Origin: Ptychomitrium polyphyllum | Taxonomy: Eukaryota | Length of the DNA stretch: 64,000 nucleotides | NCBI GenBank assembly: GCA_973851085.1 | Contig: OZ316776.1 | Span: 7,874,001 to 7,938,000, forward strand | Direction of reading: 5' to 3' | In this document: one piece after another, positions 40,301-54,244 of the stretch | How positions within the stretch are numbered: position 1 is the first letter of the stretch | How the letters are laid out: every line of letters starts with the position of its first letter | The notes under the pieces: generated by a model | Databases searched by the model: none | What the model saw: only the letters and a program-made list of their open reading frames with translations | Told to the model about the DNA's origin: nothing | Position numbers and translations under genes: made by a program

Positions 40301-41686
40301 ATAGATATAAAGTGCAAATGTGAAAAACAAAAAATATCATATAAAGATCCATTAAAAGTGTACATTATATATAAATATGGTGGTAAAAAAATCAGTAAAG
40401 CTCTAAAGGGAAATTTAAAAACGTTTGAAATAGTTTCAAAGGTTATATGTATATAAACAAACAATGTTGAGTAAGTTTCATTCTTTGGAAATTAATGTTT
40501 ATAATACTCGTATTCAATTAATTTAATTATTGATTTATAATAGATTAATAAACATAATTCATTCTAATATAAGAATACATTAAATACTAGATGTTTTATA
40601 TAAAACAAAAAGCTAATGACAATATAGCAAAGGAAAAAAAACTAGAGATTTATTTTATATGATTGTTTATGAAGTTTAGTCTTTTTATAGAAATTGATAT
40701 ATTCCATTTTATTTCCTTCTATCAATTAATTATATGCATATACATAATATATCCAAAAAATAAATAATATAAAAATTATATATTTTTACATATTTTTTTA
40801 ATATAAAAATAATTTGAATACAAAATCAATACAAAATTAGTTTACAAAATGTATTCATTTAAAGAAAAAATAAGACTATTTTACTCTTTCATAAAGTTTA
40901 TAGACATATTTAATAAACAACTTATTTTGAATGAATTTTCCAATCTTTTTATAACTTTATTATGGAAGTTATATATTATATTGAATTCCATTCTTTCCTA
41001 TGAGGTTAAAAGAAGTTAGGTGGTATAAATAAGATTCTACAACATTCTCTTAATCATTAAATGTTTCAAACATTTCTACTAATTTTGTGCAAAGTTCTAT
41101 ATTATAATATTTGCCATCACTTTCAAAGCCACAAAGTTCTTTCTTCAAAAGATGCATATATAAGACTATTATTGAAATTGTCTACAACTAGCTCATATTT
41201 TGATTTTTAAATATATTTGTAAATTATAGATGGTGAAAGATTTTATAAATGTATTGTTTGCATATGTTGTCAAAATTGTAAGGCTATTACATAACAATGT
41301 GCTAATAAACAATAAGTTGATGAAAAATTCAATTTGCAAGTGGAGACATGAATAATAATTATTTGATAGAGAGATATTTGTTTTCTTGATAATATTTTGA
41401 TATGTTGTACATGCTTAATTATGAACCTTGTAAATTAAGTCCATGTCAATTTTTTTTTAGGAATGCATATAATCATTTGACATTTTTTTCCACTAATTGA
41501 TAAAGTATATTGACATTAACGTTTTTATTAGTAAGGGCTAGTCAAATATATAACTGAATAGTATGAAGAATTATAAAAAACAATAAAATTAAGTCTAATG
41601 TGGTAATTGGAAATACTTTGTTGTTATTTAGAGCTACACAAGGCCTTACTATTAGAATTTGACTTTTTGTTACAAAAGATTTCAAG

Positions 41687-44600
41687 ATGTATAAGAAGAC
41701 TATATGTACTAAATTACCACCACAATGTGACATACTTGAGGTGGTGCCACCACGCCGCTCAAAGATGTTTTTAAAGTGGCAAGATTTAAGAAAGAGGGAG
41801 CCACATCCAGGTTTAAAGATAAAACCAAAGGAACATCTACACATTTGGCAAAAAGTGAATTGTGTTAAAGAACTAAATATTCTTGAGTAAGTTTCTTCAA
41901 ATCATTTAAAATTAAAATAAACAAATCTTATTCAACTACCTCAACAAACTTTGTATTCATTAGACAAATTAAACATCACAAACTTCCAAATTGTAACATA
42001 TAGCAAGTGCTAGTTTTTTAAAGGCAATAACTCTTAAATATTTCATAAGAAGTAATTTTAAGAATTTATATGGTCTTCTTGAAACTTTATGGAATTCATT
42101 TAAATAATTTGTAACAATCCATTACAAATCAATTTTGAAACAAATAATAAAATGCAATAGCATGAAATAAATAGAAGCAATCATTTTTGAACAAGTACTA
42201 TTTTTACTTCAAATATACTATAATATTTTTAAATCAATAGAATTATTCCATCAAAAAAATGAATTGAAGCAATAATTTCATTTGACTATGTAATATTTAA
42301 TACCTTTGAACTTTCATTGTTGTGTTTTTTTAAATTTAAAATGAAATTTAATAGTATTAAAATTTAGAAGTATTATTTGGTTTAATTTAATATTTCTACT
42401 ATACCAATTTAATAAATACTCCTACAAATTTTCTTGATATAATTGTAAAAATTAAAACTTATCACTCCTATATTTTAATCAAATTTTGCAACAAACCAAT
42501 GTGTTTTTTTTAATTAATTAAATAAATTAAATATTAAAACTTATCTTAATATCCTTGAAAAAATCAAAATTTACACTATTGATATTAAATAAATGAGGTA
42601 TTATTACATTGTTTCAAAATTTTATCACATCCATAAATAATCTCTTATCAAATATAATTAAAATTTACAACTTCTTTTTGTTTTTATCTATATAATGTGT
42701 ATATAATTTTAAAAACAGCTTTTGATTTTTAAAACTATATTCTTATATTATTTTGATTTGAAATTAAGTTTTTATTTCAAAATTTAGTGATAATCTAGTT
42801 TTGAAGTGGACTATCACCACTCTTCTTCTATAGGTGCCATAAGAGAAGTAATCCATTAATTTTAAATTTTTTCATATAGATATTTTATTAAAAAAATTGA
42901 AATTCTTGAATAAACCTCCAAGACACATTAATAGTCTTTTGGCTAAATCTTGTAAAGAATCCATACTACAATGAGTTTTTAGTATAATCCAAAAAATACA
43001 AATAATGTAAAAGTTGCAGCCTCAAGAGCAACATATGTTGTTCTTTTATAAGCTACATTTACAGAAATAGTGCATGGAAATGTATTTATAGTGCATCCAT
43101 CTAGAAATGTGTAATGGCATGTTGCAAATCGAACCAGACATATATTGCAATGAAATAGCAACTCATATTTGTTGTTTCTAATTGGATTGGATTCATGTGA
43201 ATAAGGTGATGTTGCATGTTGCAGGGACTACTATTGGTTTTATGAAGAATGGTATCGGATTGAAGAGAAGTTCATGAAACGCTTCAAGAAAACTTTTCCA
43301 GAGTTGTTGATGGAACACATTCACCACCATCGTATCAAGACGGAAAATGCCATGCTCCTTGCTGCCTGCATACTAAAATTAGCCGAGGTTGAAAATGAAA
43401 GAGACGACCCTTCAGCGGTTTTGATCCATCTTTATTGTCATGAATTTTATTGATACATTTCAGTTTAGCAAAACTAATTTAATCTTGTCTCTAAATGGAA
43501 GTACGAAGATATTATTTAGAGTTTTTTGCAGGTTGGATATTTTGGGAACATTTGACATATAATGAAAAAGACGTCCAACTATACAAAGTGCTATAAAAAT
43601 CACACTAAATACTCAATCTCATTTGAATCAAGGGTTGGTTTGATGTAATAATTGTATTGTCCTTATAACACTTCTAAAGTTATTTGTCTTATACATTATT
43701 TGTTTTGAACTCCAATTGTCATCATACACTAAAAACTCTTTCTTATGCAAACTTCTTCCGTCAACATAGAACTGTTCATAGTTTTTGTTTATTGCTTCTT
43801 GACATTATAAAACATTTTTACCTTCAAATCTCATATATTCTTTATTGTAAGGGTGGTGCAGTGGCAAGAAAGTTTGCGCAAGTATCCTTGGTTTCCAAAT
43901 CCAAGAGTTCCATCTAAACCTTTGTGGATTGATGATGGAAGTGATATGCCTGTAAAAATAGTGATAAAACCAGAGCTTGATCGAATTGGCCGTGCAGATA
44001 GAGACAATTATACATTTGAGTACTTCAAGGATCAATGGGCTCATTTGCAAAAAGGTGAAGATGATTGGGGTGTTTGGGAGAAGTTTTGTTTTAAAATGGC
44101 TGCATGCCTTGCTAAAATGGAGCCGCATTATCCAAATTTCTCTGGACCAACCAAAGAAGGCCCTGGACTATTGGTATCTACACTTCTTTTTTTACCTGAT
44201 TTCATTTTCTTTGATTAGTTCCTTGGAGAGATAGATTATTGCCATTATCAGCTCATCAACTTTGTAAGCAATAGAATACAGAAAGATTGTAATTCATAAG
44301 TTCTATTCACCATAAAGCTAGGTGGTCCAGTCATCAAGACATTTCAGCTGTGTATATTAATTGTAATAGTTGTGTATATTAACATGCAACAAGAACAATT
44401 CAAATTTATATTTATAAATTTGTATTATGCATTTGCTATAGATATGAATATGAATATGTATTTTTTTCAAATTTGTACATATAATGATATAACTTTTGCT
44501 TTTCAAATGCAATTTGTTGTAAAGAATTGTTGCGCTTGATACTTTTAGCATTGTTATATTTGAGTTGTTGCTTTGGCTTTTAGATATTTGGAAAGCGTTT

Positions 44601-47600
44601 GAAGCCTGTAATACAACCAACTATACCTCCACTTATTTGTATAGAGCCAAACATAAAAAAAGTTTGTTATTGTCTATATTTAATGGATGTCTAATATATT
44701 TATGAATTCTATAGCATAAAAGTAATGGTTGTATGCTAAATCTTTAATATTAGGCCTATTGGTACTAATACTTAGTGAATGAAATTGTTTCTTATTCTAC
44801 AATATTTGTTTGCCTTAGACAGAGCCTACATGTATTCTTGGACCTGCTGCTATGATTAGTATGACCTACCATTTCTTTGTCAATCAAGTTGGTAAGGATC
44901 TATTTGTTGTTCTAAAATATATAATTTTATAATATTTTGGTTGCAAAGAAATAAATTGAGGTTCTTTATGGATATTTTTGTAAGAAATAAATTCAAGGAA
45001 TCAATTTACGTTTGCCAAAATCCTTTATATAATTAATCTTCTTTGGATCTCATTCATTTGGTATTTATTTTCATTGGTTACTCCAATCATGTGAAATATA
45101 CAATAGTTGATTATTTAGAAGATGATTGTCTATGCATTAGAGTAGAATAAAATAATATAATAATAAATGTCATTCATTTTGAGCAACACATATCTTCAAA
45201 GGATGTTCAAATTCTATAGATGGAATTTATTTGGAGAAGTCCAACTTTGTTGAGGTGTTGGATTCATCTGCATACGCTAGGTTTACAATGCTCACTGACA
45301 CATGATTTTAGCTATTTTTTAGGAGAAAAAAGTAAAAAAATAGTTATGCTCGAAAATGTGGGTAAAACAGTTTTGTTTTATACTTGGGAGCGAAGACCAA
45401 TGGAAGCCTTAAATACCACTTTTGAAGCTCATTTAGGTTTGTGCTCATTCTCCATTAATTGTCTTATGTGCATTTTAGTAATAAAATATGTTAATCTATG
45501 TATAAATTAATTTTTTTAGTACCTTCCTTATTGTTCTCATGACTAAACTTCAACATTAAGATTTAACACAATATATTTATACAATGTCCAAAATAATTTC
45601 ATTTTCATTGTAAAACAATACAAAATTAGGAACTCTGGTAAATCATATTTAAACATTTTAAAGTGCATTCTATTGAGCCCTTAACTATGTTTCATTGTTT
45701 ATCTTGTTACAAAGAACAAGTAGTCGTTACTTTTTGTGCAGGCCCTTGCATCACAGATTGTCGAGTTTTTAGTTTATTAAATGGATCAGGAAGCATACAA
45801 TCAGGCGAGAAGCAAACATTTACATTTTGCTTCAAATCTGATGTTCCTGGTGTATTTTTAGAGAGTTGGAGATTACATATTGCACCTAGGCTGCCAAACC
45901 CTTGGACTTTAGATCCTATATTCTTCAAAGGAGTGGCCTTCTCTGAAAATCACTTTGCGTATGTTGCCAACTAGCTACTTTAGATTGCAAGTTGTTCATT
46001 CCATACCAATAAGATGTATGATATATTTAAATTTTTTGTTTGATTATTGCGTCAGTCAAATGATCATACACATTCTTCACATGCAAGCTAAGTATAATGT
46101 AATACATCCTTTATATATTATTCTATATGTATATGTATATATGTATATATGAATATATGTATATATGTATATATGGTTTAATTTTATTATTTAGAATGTT
46201 GCGAGCCAAACTATCAAGATTATTGTATCACCGTGAAATGATGAGTGCAATTGATGAGTGCTTTGTGGACTCCTTGAATCAAGCGGCAAAAGCTTCTCAG
46301 GCTACACAAGAAGTTCAATGCGCTAGCAATTACATGTTCTCTAGTATGGCATTTAATTTTCTTCAAAAAAATTTGACAATAGAACCGCCTGTGTACTATG
46401 TTCCATCATTGTACCAGCAACTAAAGGCATTTGCAACCATTGTCAAGGCATGGGAACCTCTTCTTTTAGTTGAATTTGAACCTCTCCAATTAACCAAGGA
46501 AGTTCCACCTTCCAAACCACCCTCTAAGGTACTTGCACCACCAATTGTTGCAAGCACTTCTGAAAAAGAGCCTTTTTTAAGAGAAGAGCTTCCATGGGCA
46601 TGGGATGGTTCATTTTCAAGCATAATAACAGGTACTGTATCATCCCAGAAAAAATTGACACTGTTGAAAGGTATGAATAAATTGTATGCTCAAGTAAAGA
46701 AGGTTGATTCTGCTTAATTAAGATTTTTGCATAGTTGCAGATACAATTCTAAAACTTAATGAATATTTTGCAATAGCTTGACTATTTTTTTGTTTAACAA
46801 TAAAACGTATATAGGTGGTTGAAAACTCCACCTATAATTATATATATATGTTTTTTCTTCTAAAATTCGTTTCTATTGTATCATATTGATACATTTTTAT
46901 GTTTCTATATTTGTTTAATTTTTGTTTATATTGATTTAATTGTCTTTTATGGATTTTTGATTTATAGGTATAGAAGAAAGCACCATGAGTGAGAGAATAA
47001 AACAACATTTTCGATCAGAGCTAATTATATTGAAAGAATTGGTTCAAATTCCACCACGGCAAACTATATTACTTCATACTACTGTGTATAAAATATTACA
47101 TGGCATCACAGATTATGCAGAAAAGGGGATAGATGGAGTACCCCACAATTTTGGTCAACCCATGGCTGAAATGCTGATGGCAAATTACTACAAAAACTAC
47201 GAACAAGAGCGGTTGGAAAAGGCAACTAAAGCAGGAGAGGGACTGAAAGAAAACCCTGCAACTGCCGAGGCTAAAGTAAATTCTTTTATTACCTACATAT
47301 TGTTGGTCATTGATACAGATTATTCTTAAAAGACAAAGTAATTCTATATTAAAGTCCTATATTATGTGGACATAGATTCAAGGGTGGAATAAAAAACATT
47401 TTACTCGCATTAGAGACCAAATTTCTTTTTGTTCTTCTTATATAGTGAATCAGCTTGTGCTTCCTTGTGTGTTGTCCCTACATGTAGAAATGGTCATTTG
47501 GTGGAAGAAACCATGACTCTATCTAAGCTTGTAACTCACTTGAAAATAATTGCAACTTCCTTGATATTATACTATTCTAATTTTTTTCCCTCTTCAAGTG

Positions 47601-48084
47601 AAGGTGGAAGTACAAGTCCAGTATTTATGGCTGAATGTTGTTTGTTTCCTGTTTTTTTCCCTTTCAGATGATGGAGAAGTTGTTGGAACAAATTAATTTT
47701 AAAAATCCACCTTTAAATGAAATCAATATGGAGTCAAGAATTAGCAATCAAGACATGTTAGAGTATTGCTTCAAATGGCTTCACATTCTTACAGAAATGC
47801 GCCTGTTTATGAAAGTTGGCTTTAATGATTGTGAGGACCAGATTCAAAAAGAGCAAAAGCATCTGAATGAACTTGTTAATGAACGAATCTCTAAGCTTAT
47901 TCCATTTGTAGACGAGACATCAGCTTGGGATAGGTTTGCTTTGGAAAGGGCAAAGCAAGGATTGCTAGAAGAAGAGAAGAAATTATTAAAAACAAATGAA
48001 AAAGAACTCTCCCTTGGAGGCCCTCGTGAATTAAGCCCTTGTGCCTTTTATACCTCGTGTTTAGAAACAAAAATAAATGAATAA
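41687..48084 (+). CDS. MYCBPAP: MYCBP-associated-protein-like (MYCBPAP family; cilia/flagella), ~756-771 aa
   Basis: Phase-consistent exons 41687-41886, 43225-43417, 43862-44173, (optional 44219-44263), 44819-44891, 45323-45436, 45742-45958, 46195-46631, 46968-47275, 47668-48084. Motifs resembling MYCBPAP: W...KRFKK..ELLM....HRIK.E, WQESLR, GP...F....GEK...VMLENVGKTVLFYTW, F....GSIQSGEKQTFTFCFKSDVPGVFLESWRL...P...FKGVA...L...L.HRE. The start exon and exon 4 are less certain. Confidence 0.8.
46124..46174. repeat. (TA/TATG)n microsatellite in an intron of the MYCBPAP-like gene
   Basis: atatgtatatgtatatatgtatatatgaatatatgtatatatgtatatat just upstream of the acceptor at 46194. Confidence 0.8.
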
Positions 48085-51000
48085 TATGGTATTAAAAATT
48101 TGTCTTTATGCATATTTTTAATGAAGAGATTTTTAGTTGAGTAGGTTTGCTGAAGAGTGCTGTATTTGTGCTCGCCATATGTGAGAGTATTTTCAAGAAA
48201 TCACTCCAATTTGAATTTTGGTAAAAAAAAACATTTGATTGATTATTGCAATACATAAGATCTGCCTCTAGTTTATACAATGGGAGGTTTTTCATATAAA
48301 AGAAGGTCAATATTTTCTATCTATGCAGAAGAAGCAGAGTTTAAAAAAGATTGTGGCTCTCTAAATTTAAAATGTATCAACTTTATGTAAAATCACATAT
48401 TTAGTTTGTAGATTTCTATAAAGTTCAAAAATGTTTTCAATAAATTTTTAATGGCTTTATTTGAGCTATATTTTCCAAGTCTTGAGGTACTTCTATCTTC
48501 AACAGTTAGTTTTTCATCGTAATGGAAAAAAAAAATTGGTTTCGTTTACAATATTTAGGAACATATTATTTTAAAAGTTTGATGCTGTACTAAATATCAT
48601 ACTTTATGGGTTTATTTCTTCATACATGTAACATACAGTTAACCAATCATAAAACAATTAAAAGAATTGAAGGTGTAAATTTTATTTTTAATAAGTTTTG
48701 AAAGTAAATAGCTCTAAAGTATCTTGATAAGGAATTAATTTCTTTAAATTTTTTATCATATACATAATTTTTTTAATCATTGTCCATTGCAATTTTTTCA
48801 TAAAAATAAAATCCATTACGATTGTAAAAGTGATATGTTATTATGTATCTAAAATTTTCCATATGCGCTAGTTTTTAAAGTTACAAGAGTTCATTGCAAC
48901 AATGTTATAATTCTTCATGATAAGTTATAATAAAATCAAAAGTTAACAAAATTATAAACCTATTTCAATAGTCTTTCACTCAAATTTTATTAGATTTTTT
49001 AAAGAAACATAATACTTATTAATACATATTCTTTAAAATAAGAATGTAGAATGTGAAAGCATTAATGTTTAAATGGGTGTAAATGTCCATGCACTTGGTA
49101 TTTGAATCACTAAAAATCATACTTTTCCTACACCAAAATACAATGGTAATTGTCATCCATCTAGATTTCTCTTACATCTTATGTTAATTGCTACCATTTT
49201 TATGATAGAAATTTCAAACCTAAATCAAAGTGAGTTTTTAAAACAATGTGATAGCCTAGTATCATGAGCTTCTTTTAATTTCAGAAAGTGAGACTTCAAT
49301 TGTCATTTTCCAAACTAAACAAAACACTGTTTTACAAAAGTATGAAATGGGTTTTTATTATCTGTGGGACTTGACGCAATGGGTGCTTACATTTGTGCAG
49401 GCACTGTCAATTAGGACCCAGGCTGCCAAAAATCCATTTAAGGTACTCTAACTTCTCGCAGGACTCATTCAAGATCTAAGTCACATAATGCCACATACCA
49501 ATTGGCTTGGACCCCACCATGTGGTCAGTTGACGAGGACTTGGAGTCCCCTGTAAATCAGGGGCTCAAATTCAAATTGAACAATCCTGTGGCAGGGTCAT
49601 CACTATAGGCTTGGAGCTAGGTGTAGTGCTGGTCAAATTTTATACAGAAATGAGCATGATCAGAACATGAACAGTGCAAAACACACCCAGTGTGGCTGTT
49701 GGCTGTTGGAATAGTTCCAATGATACAACTGTACGTGATATCAACCAACAGGCAAATCATTTTCCGCTCCATAGCAAAACTGGACTTCTGCATGTCCCAT
49801 CATCCTTTACTTCATCTGATTGCACCGCTACGATCATTGGAGTTGCCTACCCCAAGTCCTCTCCCACCAAAAATGCCTTCTCAACTAATTGCAGGCCCAA
49901 GCTCTCAGCAGTTCTCCTACGCCCATAACAGCAGACACTGGTGCTGCCAGCCATGTTAGAAATGAATCTGGGATAGAGTTGCCATCTTCTGGACAATGTA
50001 CATGCATGAATATTCCTAGCTCCATTATCTTCCGCCAAGACTTAGCTTTCCCTTCTGCATGCAACACTTTGCCAGGTTATTGGGGGCCACCTCATACCTT
50101 CTGCCATGGGTAAGAATAGGTCAAAAATTTAAGCTTGTTAGTGAGGTTTTATATCTTATTTTGTAGCTCATAGGAGAAGTAATTAGAAAATGGATTAAAA
50201 ATTGAGTTGGTTGTTTACATGGAGGCAATCACTGAGGGAAAGTCTTATCTCATTAGCCATTTTTAGAAGTATTCTTGGAATGATAATCCAAGAGATGGTT
50301 CCCTAGATTAGACTTTTCTCAACTCATCTTAACTATTTTAACACTTTTTCATTTTCTTCCATAGATCATCCTTAGTTTAAAACATTTATGTATTGGACCA
50401 AATCTTTTAGCTTCTTCCATCTTTTGTAAGAAATGGTGTAAAAGAGTCTTGACTCTCTAATTTTATCAAGCCAATTGTAAAGCCTACATATTCTTGAGAT
50501 ATTCTTTGATGGTTCTTCAAAAATCTTGCTCATGTTTATACAATTATTTGTGACACTTTATGGAACCAATATTTTTCCTACATGCTAGAGGTATAAATTT
50601 TAATTACTCTTTACTAGCAATTAATAGGAGATTCTAATGCACATTGTTTTAATATTGAAAAATAGATCTTGAAATTGACTATTTGTATATTGGAAATGAA
50701 ATTCTATTCTTAAAATTATTCCAATAGAAACTCTCTCAACTAAAAATTTGTTTTTAACATCATTTAAAAAATACACTAATATGAATAATTTTTTTATAAA
50801 AAATATGGATTTTAAAATAGCTTTCTAATGCCAAAAATTACCAAATTTCAGAAATGATAAGGTGTGTGGAACTAAATTTTCTTTAACTATAGTGCTTGTT
50901 GAATATTTGGAATATCTATGAGACTGTTGTGAGATTTTAATAAGACAATTAAACCTAAATCAAAATTCAGCTTGATAAAATTTACCAAATTAAGCAATGC

Positions 51001-52024
51001 ATGAAGGAAGAATAATTCCTTAAAGTTTTAATTATTAAGTGTGTTCCAAAATTGATCTGTAGCACCTTTTAGGATCTTAACTGCTATGCAATTCATAAGT
51101 TTTATATGATTGAAGTATTCATTTTAATATTCCAAAAAATAATTTTCAACTTAATTTTCATTGTAGTAGAATACAAAGACAAAAATGTGTAAATATTAAT
51201 ACTATATAAATTATCAATTCTATTCATGAAAATTTGATGTTATACATTAATAAATATTTATGTATTTGATGATGATTCATCTTCAAATATGATAATATGT
51301 TGGCAATCATATTTGTCAGATTCAAAGATGTTGTAACGCCAAATTCATTGTAAAACTTTTTGTGTCAAAAGTCATTTAGAAAGAAGAGATTTACTAAATT
51401 TTCATATTCAAAACTTTCAAATATATTTTCTTGAACTTATCTTCTATTGATTTGTATATACTTCATTGATTTTATTCAATTGTGATGATAGGATTTGAAA
51501 ATTGAAAAAATATAAAAATATAAGATCAAATTTTAATTAACAAGATGTTATTTTCAAAATTACAGAATTTATGAAATTTGTATCATATGATTTTAAAATA
51601 ATATTTTTGGTTTGATACTAAGAGTTAATGTGAGCTTGTGCTAGGCAATTAGTTGATTTTTATTTAAAATGTGATACTAGAACAAGAAACTCATTTGTAT
51701 TTGAGGTGCACCTTGCATTCTATAATACATTCATATCAATTGAATAATTAATGTTTCTAATTAAGTGTGATGTTTTATAAGTTTTCTACAATTATTTTTT
51801 CTTGTTATATTTTAATTCAAGAAATAAATCCAAAAATACATGTATTCAAAGGATAAATATCAATGGATTAGTTTTAGCTAATACCAAAGGCCATTTGTGA
51901 ATAACTTTGTGACAACTACTATAGAAGACAAGAGATTCAAAATCAAAGTTATTATCTATCAAAAGACAATCTAATATATTCATCAAGGTGTCATAATTGT
52001 GTTTTATTATATTTAAAATTGTCA

Positions 52025-52494
52025 TGATAAAGCACCGACTTAAGAATGTTAAGTCATGATAAAGCCTCAATTTTAGATTCATGTTTGTTTCTACAAAGGT
52101 GACAAGATGCAAATAAGTTATAAAATGGTAAGCAACAGAAGAGGTTGTACTATAAGGGTGAATACTTCAAGAGAGAATTAGTGAGTTCATCTTACAAATG
52201 AGGGAGAGTGGTCCTTTCAACCACACCAAAAATGCTCATAATTCAAGTACTCACTTAGGGACACCATTGTTGCAATAGAAGTACTGAACTACAAGTTTCA
52301 AAACAGATCAGTCTGACATGGTGTTGAATGTTTGTATGTGCAACAAAAGAAGATATTTGGATTCTCAACGGGATCATTGGAAAACATTGTGTGCACACTT
52401 TATGTACCAACAGATAATGCAGATGCATCTGCCTAAAGCTTACCACAGTGCCCATGGGACATGACTAAACATTTCTTAAGTCGGTGCTTTATCA
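52025..52494. mobile_element. Putative MITE / non-autonomous DNA transposon with ~35-bp terminal inverted repeats
   Basis: TGATAAAGCACCGACTTAAGAATGTTAAGTCATG (52025-52058) is the reverse complement of CATGACTAAACATTTCTTAAGTCGGTGCTTTATCA (52460-52494), with one indel and one mismatch. The interior is non-coding and no clear target-site duplication is visible. Confidence 0.6.
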
Positions 52495-53863
52495 GTTGAT
52501 AACCATTTGGTTTTTGAATGTGTCTACTTTCAAGGAAGCATTCAAACTGTAATGAGTGGTGTGGCCAGCACTCCAATTCAACAAAGTCCAAAAGAGTAAT
52601 GCCTTTTCTTGAAGTAAGTTACTCATACTCAAAAATAGTTTGGAAATTCAATGTTCTTCTTCTATTCCACACCACAGTCTTGTAGCAAGATTAGAAAACA
52701 AGTAAATAGATAACAAGCAAAATGTTTAGGAATTCATGCAATTGAAAATAAACCAATTTATATGTGATCATAAGTACAGTTAGAAACATAGATATTTTTC
52801 TAAATTAAAACCTCAATAACCGGCATCTAACTTAAATTGATGAAAGTATGACTTTAAAAAATGTAAGTTATCTTTGAATGAATAAGTATTTGTAAGCATT
52901 TTTAATAATATATTGTTCACGCAAATAAAGGATTGGAAGAAGAAATAATGCTGAGTCCTAATAATGACTCTTAAAGAAAATAATTAATTTTAACATATTC
53001 AAATTTTTTATTTTTTTTTTGTATAGAAAGTGCTTATGTTTATGATTTTTAATTTTTTTTGTTTAAACTTTTATAAAAATATTCATGAACCGAATTAGCT
53101 TCTTATATAATACTACATATAACCAATAAAAAGCATGTTATTCTTCATAGATCCCTTTCAACACCTCCTCTCAAAGTTATAATTTTATTATCATAGCTTT
53201 CAAGAAAAATGTATACAATTATGTCAATAATGTTTACTCATGGTTTCTTGCATTCAATACTATATGCATTCACGATTATCTACTATTCACATCCAAGGTG
53301 AGGGTGAGTTGCTGTACCTTTTATCAAAAATATTGTGATAATCTCATGTAGTAGATTCATTTAAAAAAGAAATCAATGGCCAAAGTCCACATGAAAATGA
53401 AGTTTAAATGTTCTCCCAAACAGCTTGGACACCTATGGTAAATGGAATGATATTAGTTCACACCGGGTTTCCAAAGAGGCCGGAGTGATTTTCCATCTCT
53501 TTTTGCAAAGAATCACACCAATCCTGCTCTCAACGATCACACAGCCCATGAAAAGCAACCCAGTTTGGAAGGCAGCGAAAGGATGTTTTCCTGGAGTTCA
53601 AAACCCAAAACTGCCTCGCATCACGCCGAAGTTGCAAACCACGCTGCAAACGGCGCCCTTCACGCCCGGTTGCCATCGTGACAACAACCAAACCCAAGCG
53701 CGTCCACCCGGCCCCTCCACCCTGACCATCCCTACCACCCGCTGCAATACACCCTTGCTCGCACTTGGCGTAATGCCTGCAGGGAGCCTGCCCGGCCGCG
53801 GAAGAGAGCGGACACCCGAGCACACGCGCCTTAATAGCCTCGTGTAAGAAACATGTACCCAAG

Positions 53864-54238
53864 ACCGTCACTGTAACCCAAACACGGCATTATGTACTGA
53901 ATGCCTACCTTTATTCACGAATTTCGATTGATAATGCGAAATAATGACGTCATAAATTTATCGGTGACGGTGTTTAAAACCGACATCATCAACATAATAT
54001 GAACTTTGTCACGGGAATGTTGCCGTTCTAGATGATGTCGGGTCTAGGTGTAGTGACGGTTCTATATTTACGTCCTAATAGGAGATGCTGTGTGGCTAGC
54101 CCTAGTGCCCAGGAGAGAAGCGAAAAAATACGTATCCAAAACCGTTACTGTACCCTAGACCCGGCATTTGGTATGCTTCTTATAGATTTCAATGAACGAG
54201 ACGTATGCATTGAATACATAATGACAGCTATTGGGGTA
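53864..54238. mobile_element. Fold-back / MITE-like element with internal repeated ~27-bp motif, upstream of kinesin-13
   Basis: Imperfect inverted repeat ~53874-53927 versus ~54182-54238. The motif ACCGT(C/T)ACTGTA(A/C)CC(C/T)A(A/G)AC(A/C)CGGCAT occurs at 53864-53890 and 54141-54167, and inverted at 54035-54060. Inner inverted repeat CCGACATCATC (53980-53990) / GATGATGTCGG (54031-54041). Confidence 0.5.
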
Positions 54239-54244
54239 TGAATG

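Noticed and set aside
49370..50115. Cluster of short ORFs in a moderately GC-rich block
   Set aside because: No consistent frame or recognisable motif; treated as one of the decayed CHG-retaining blocks.
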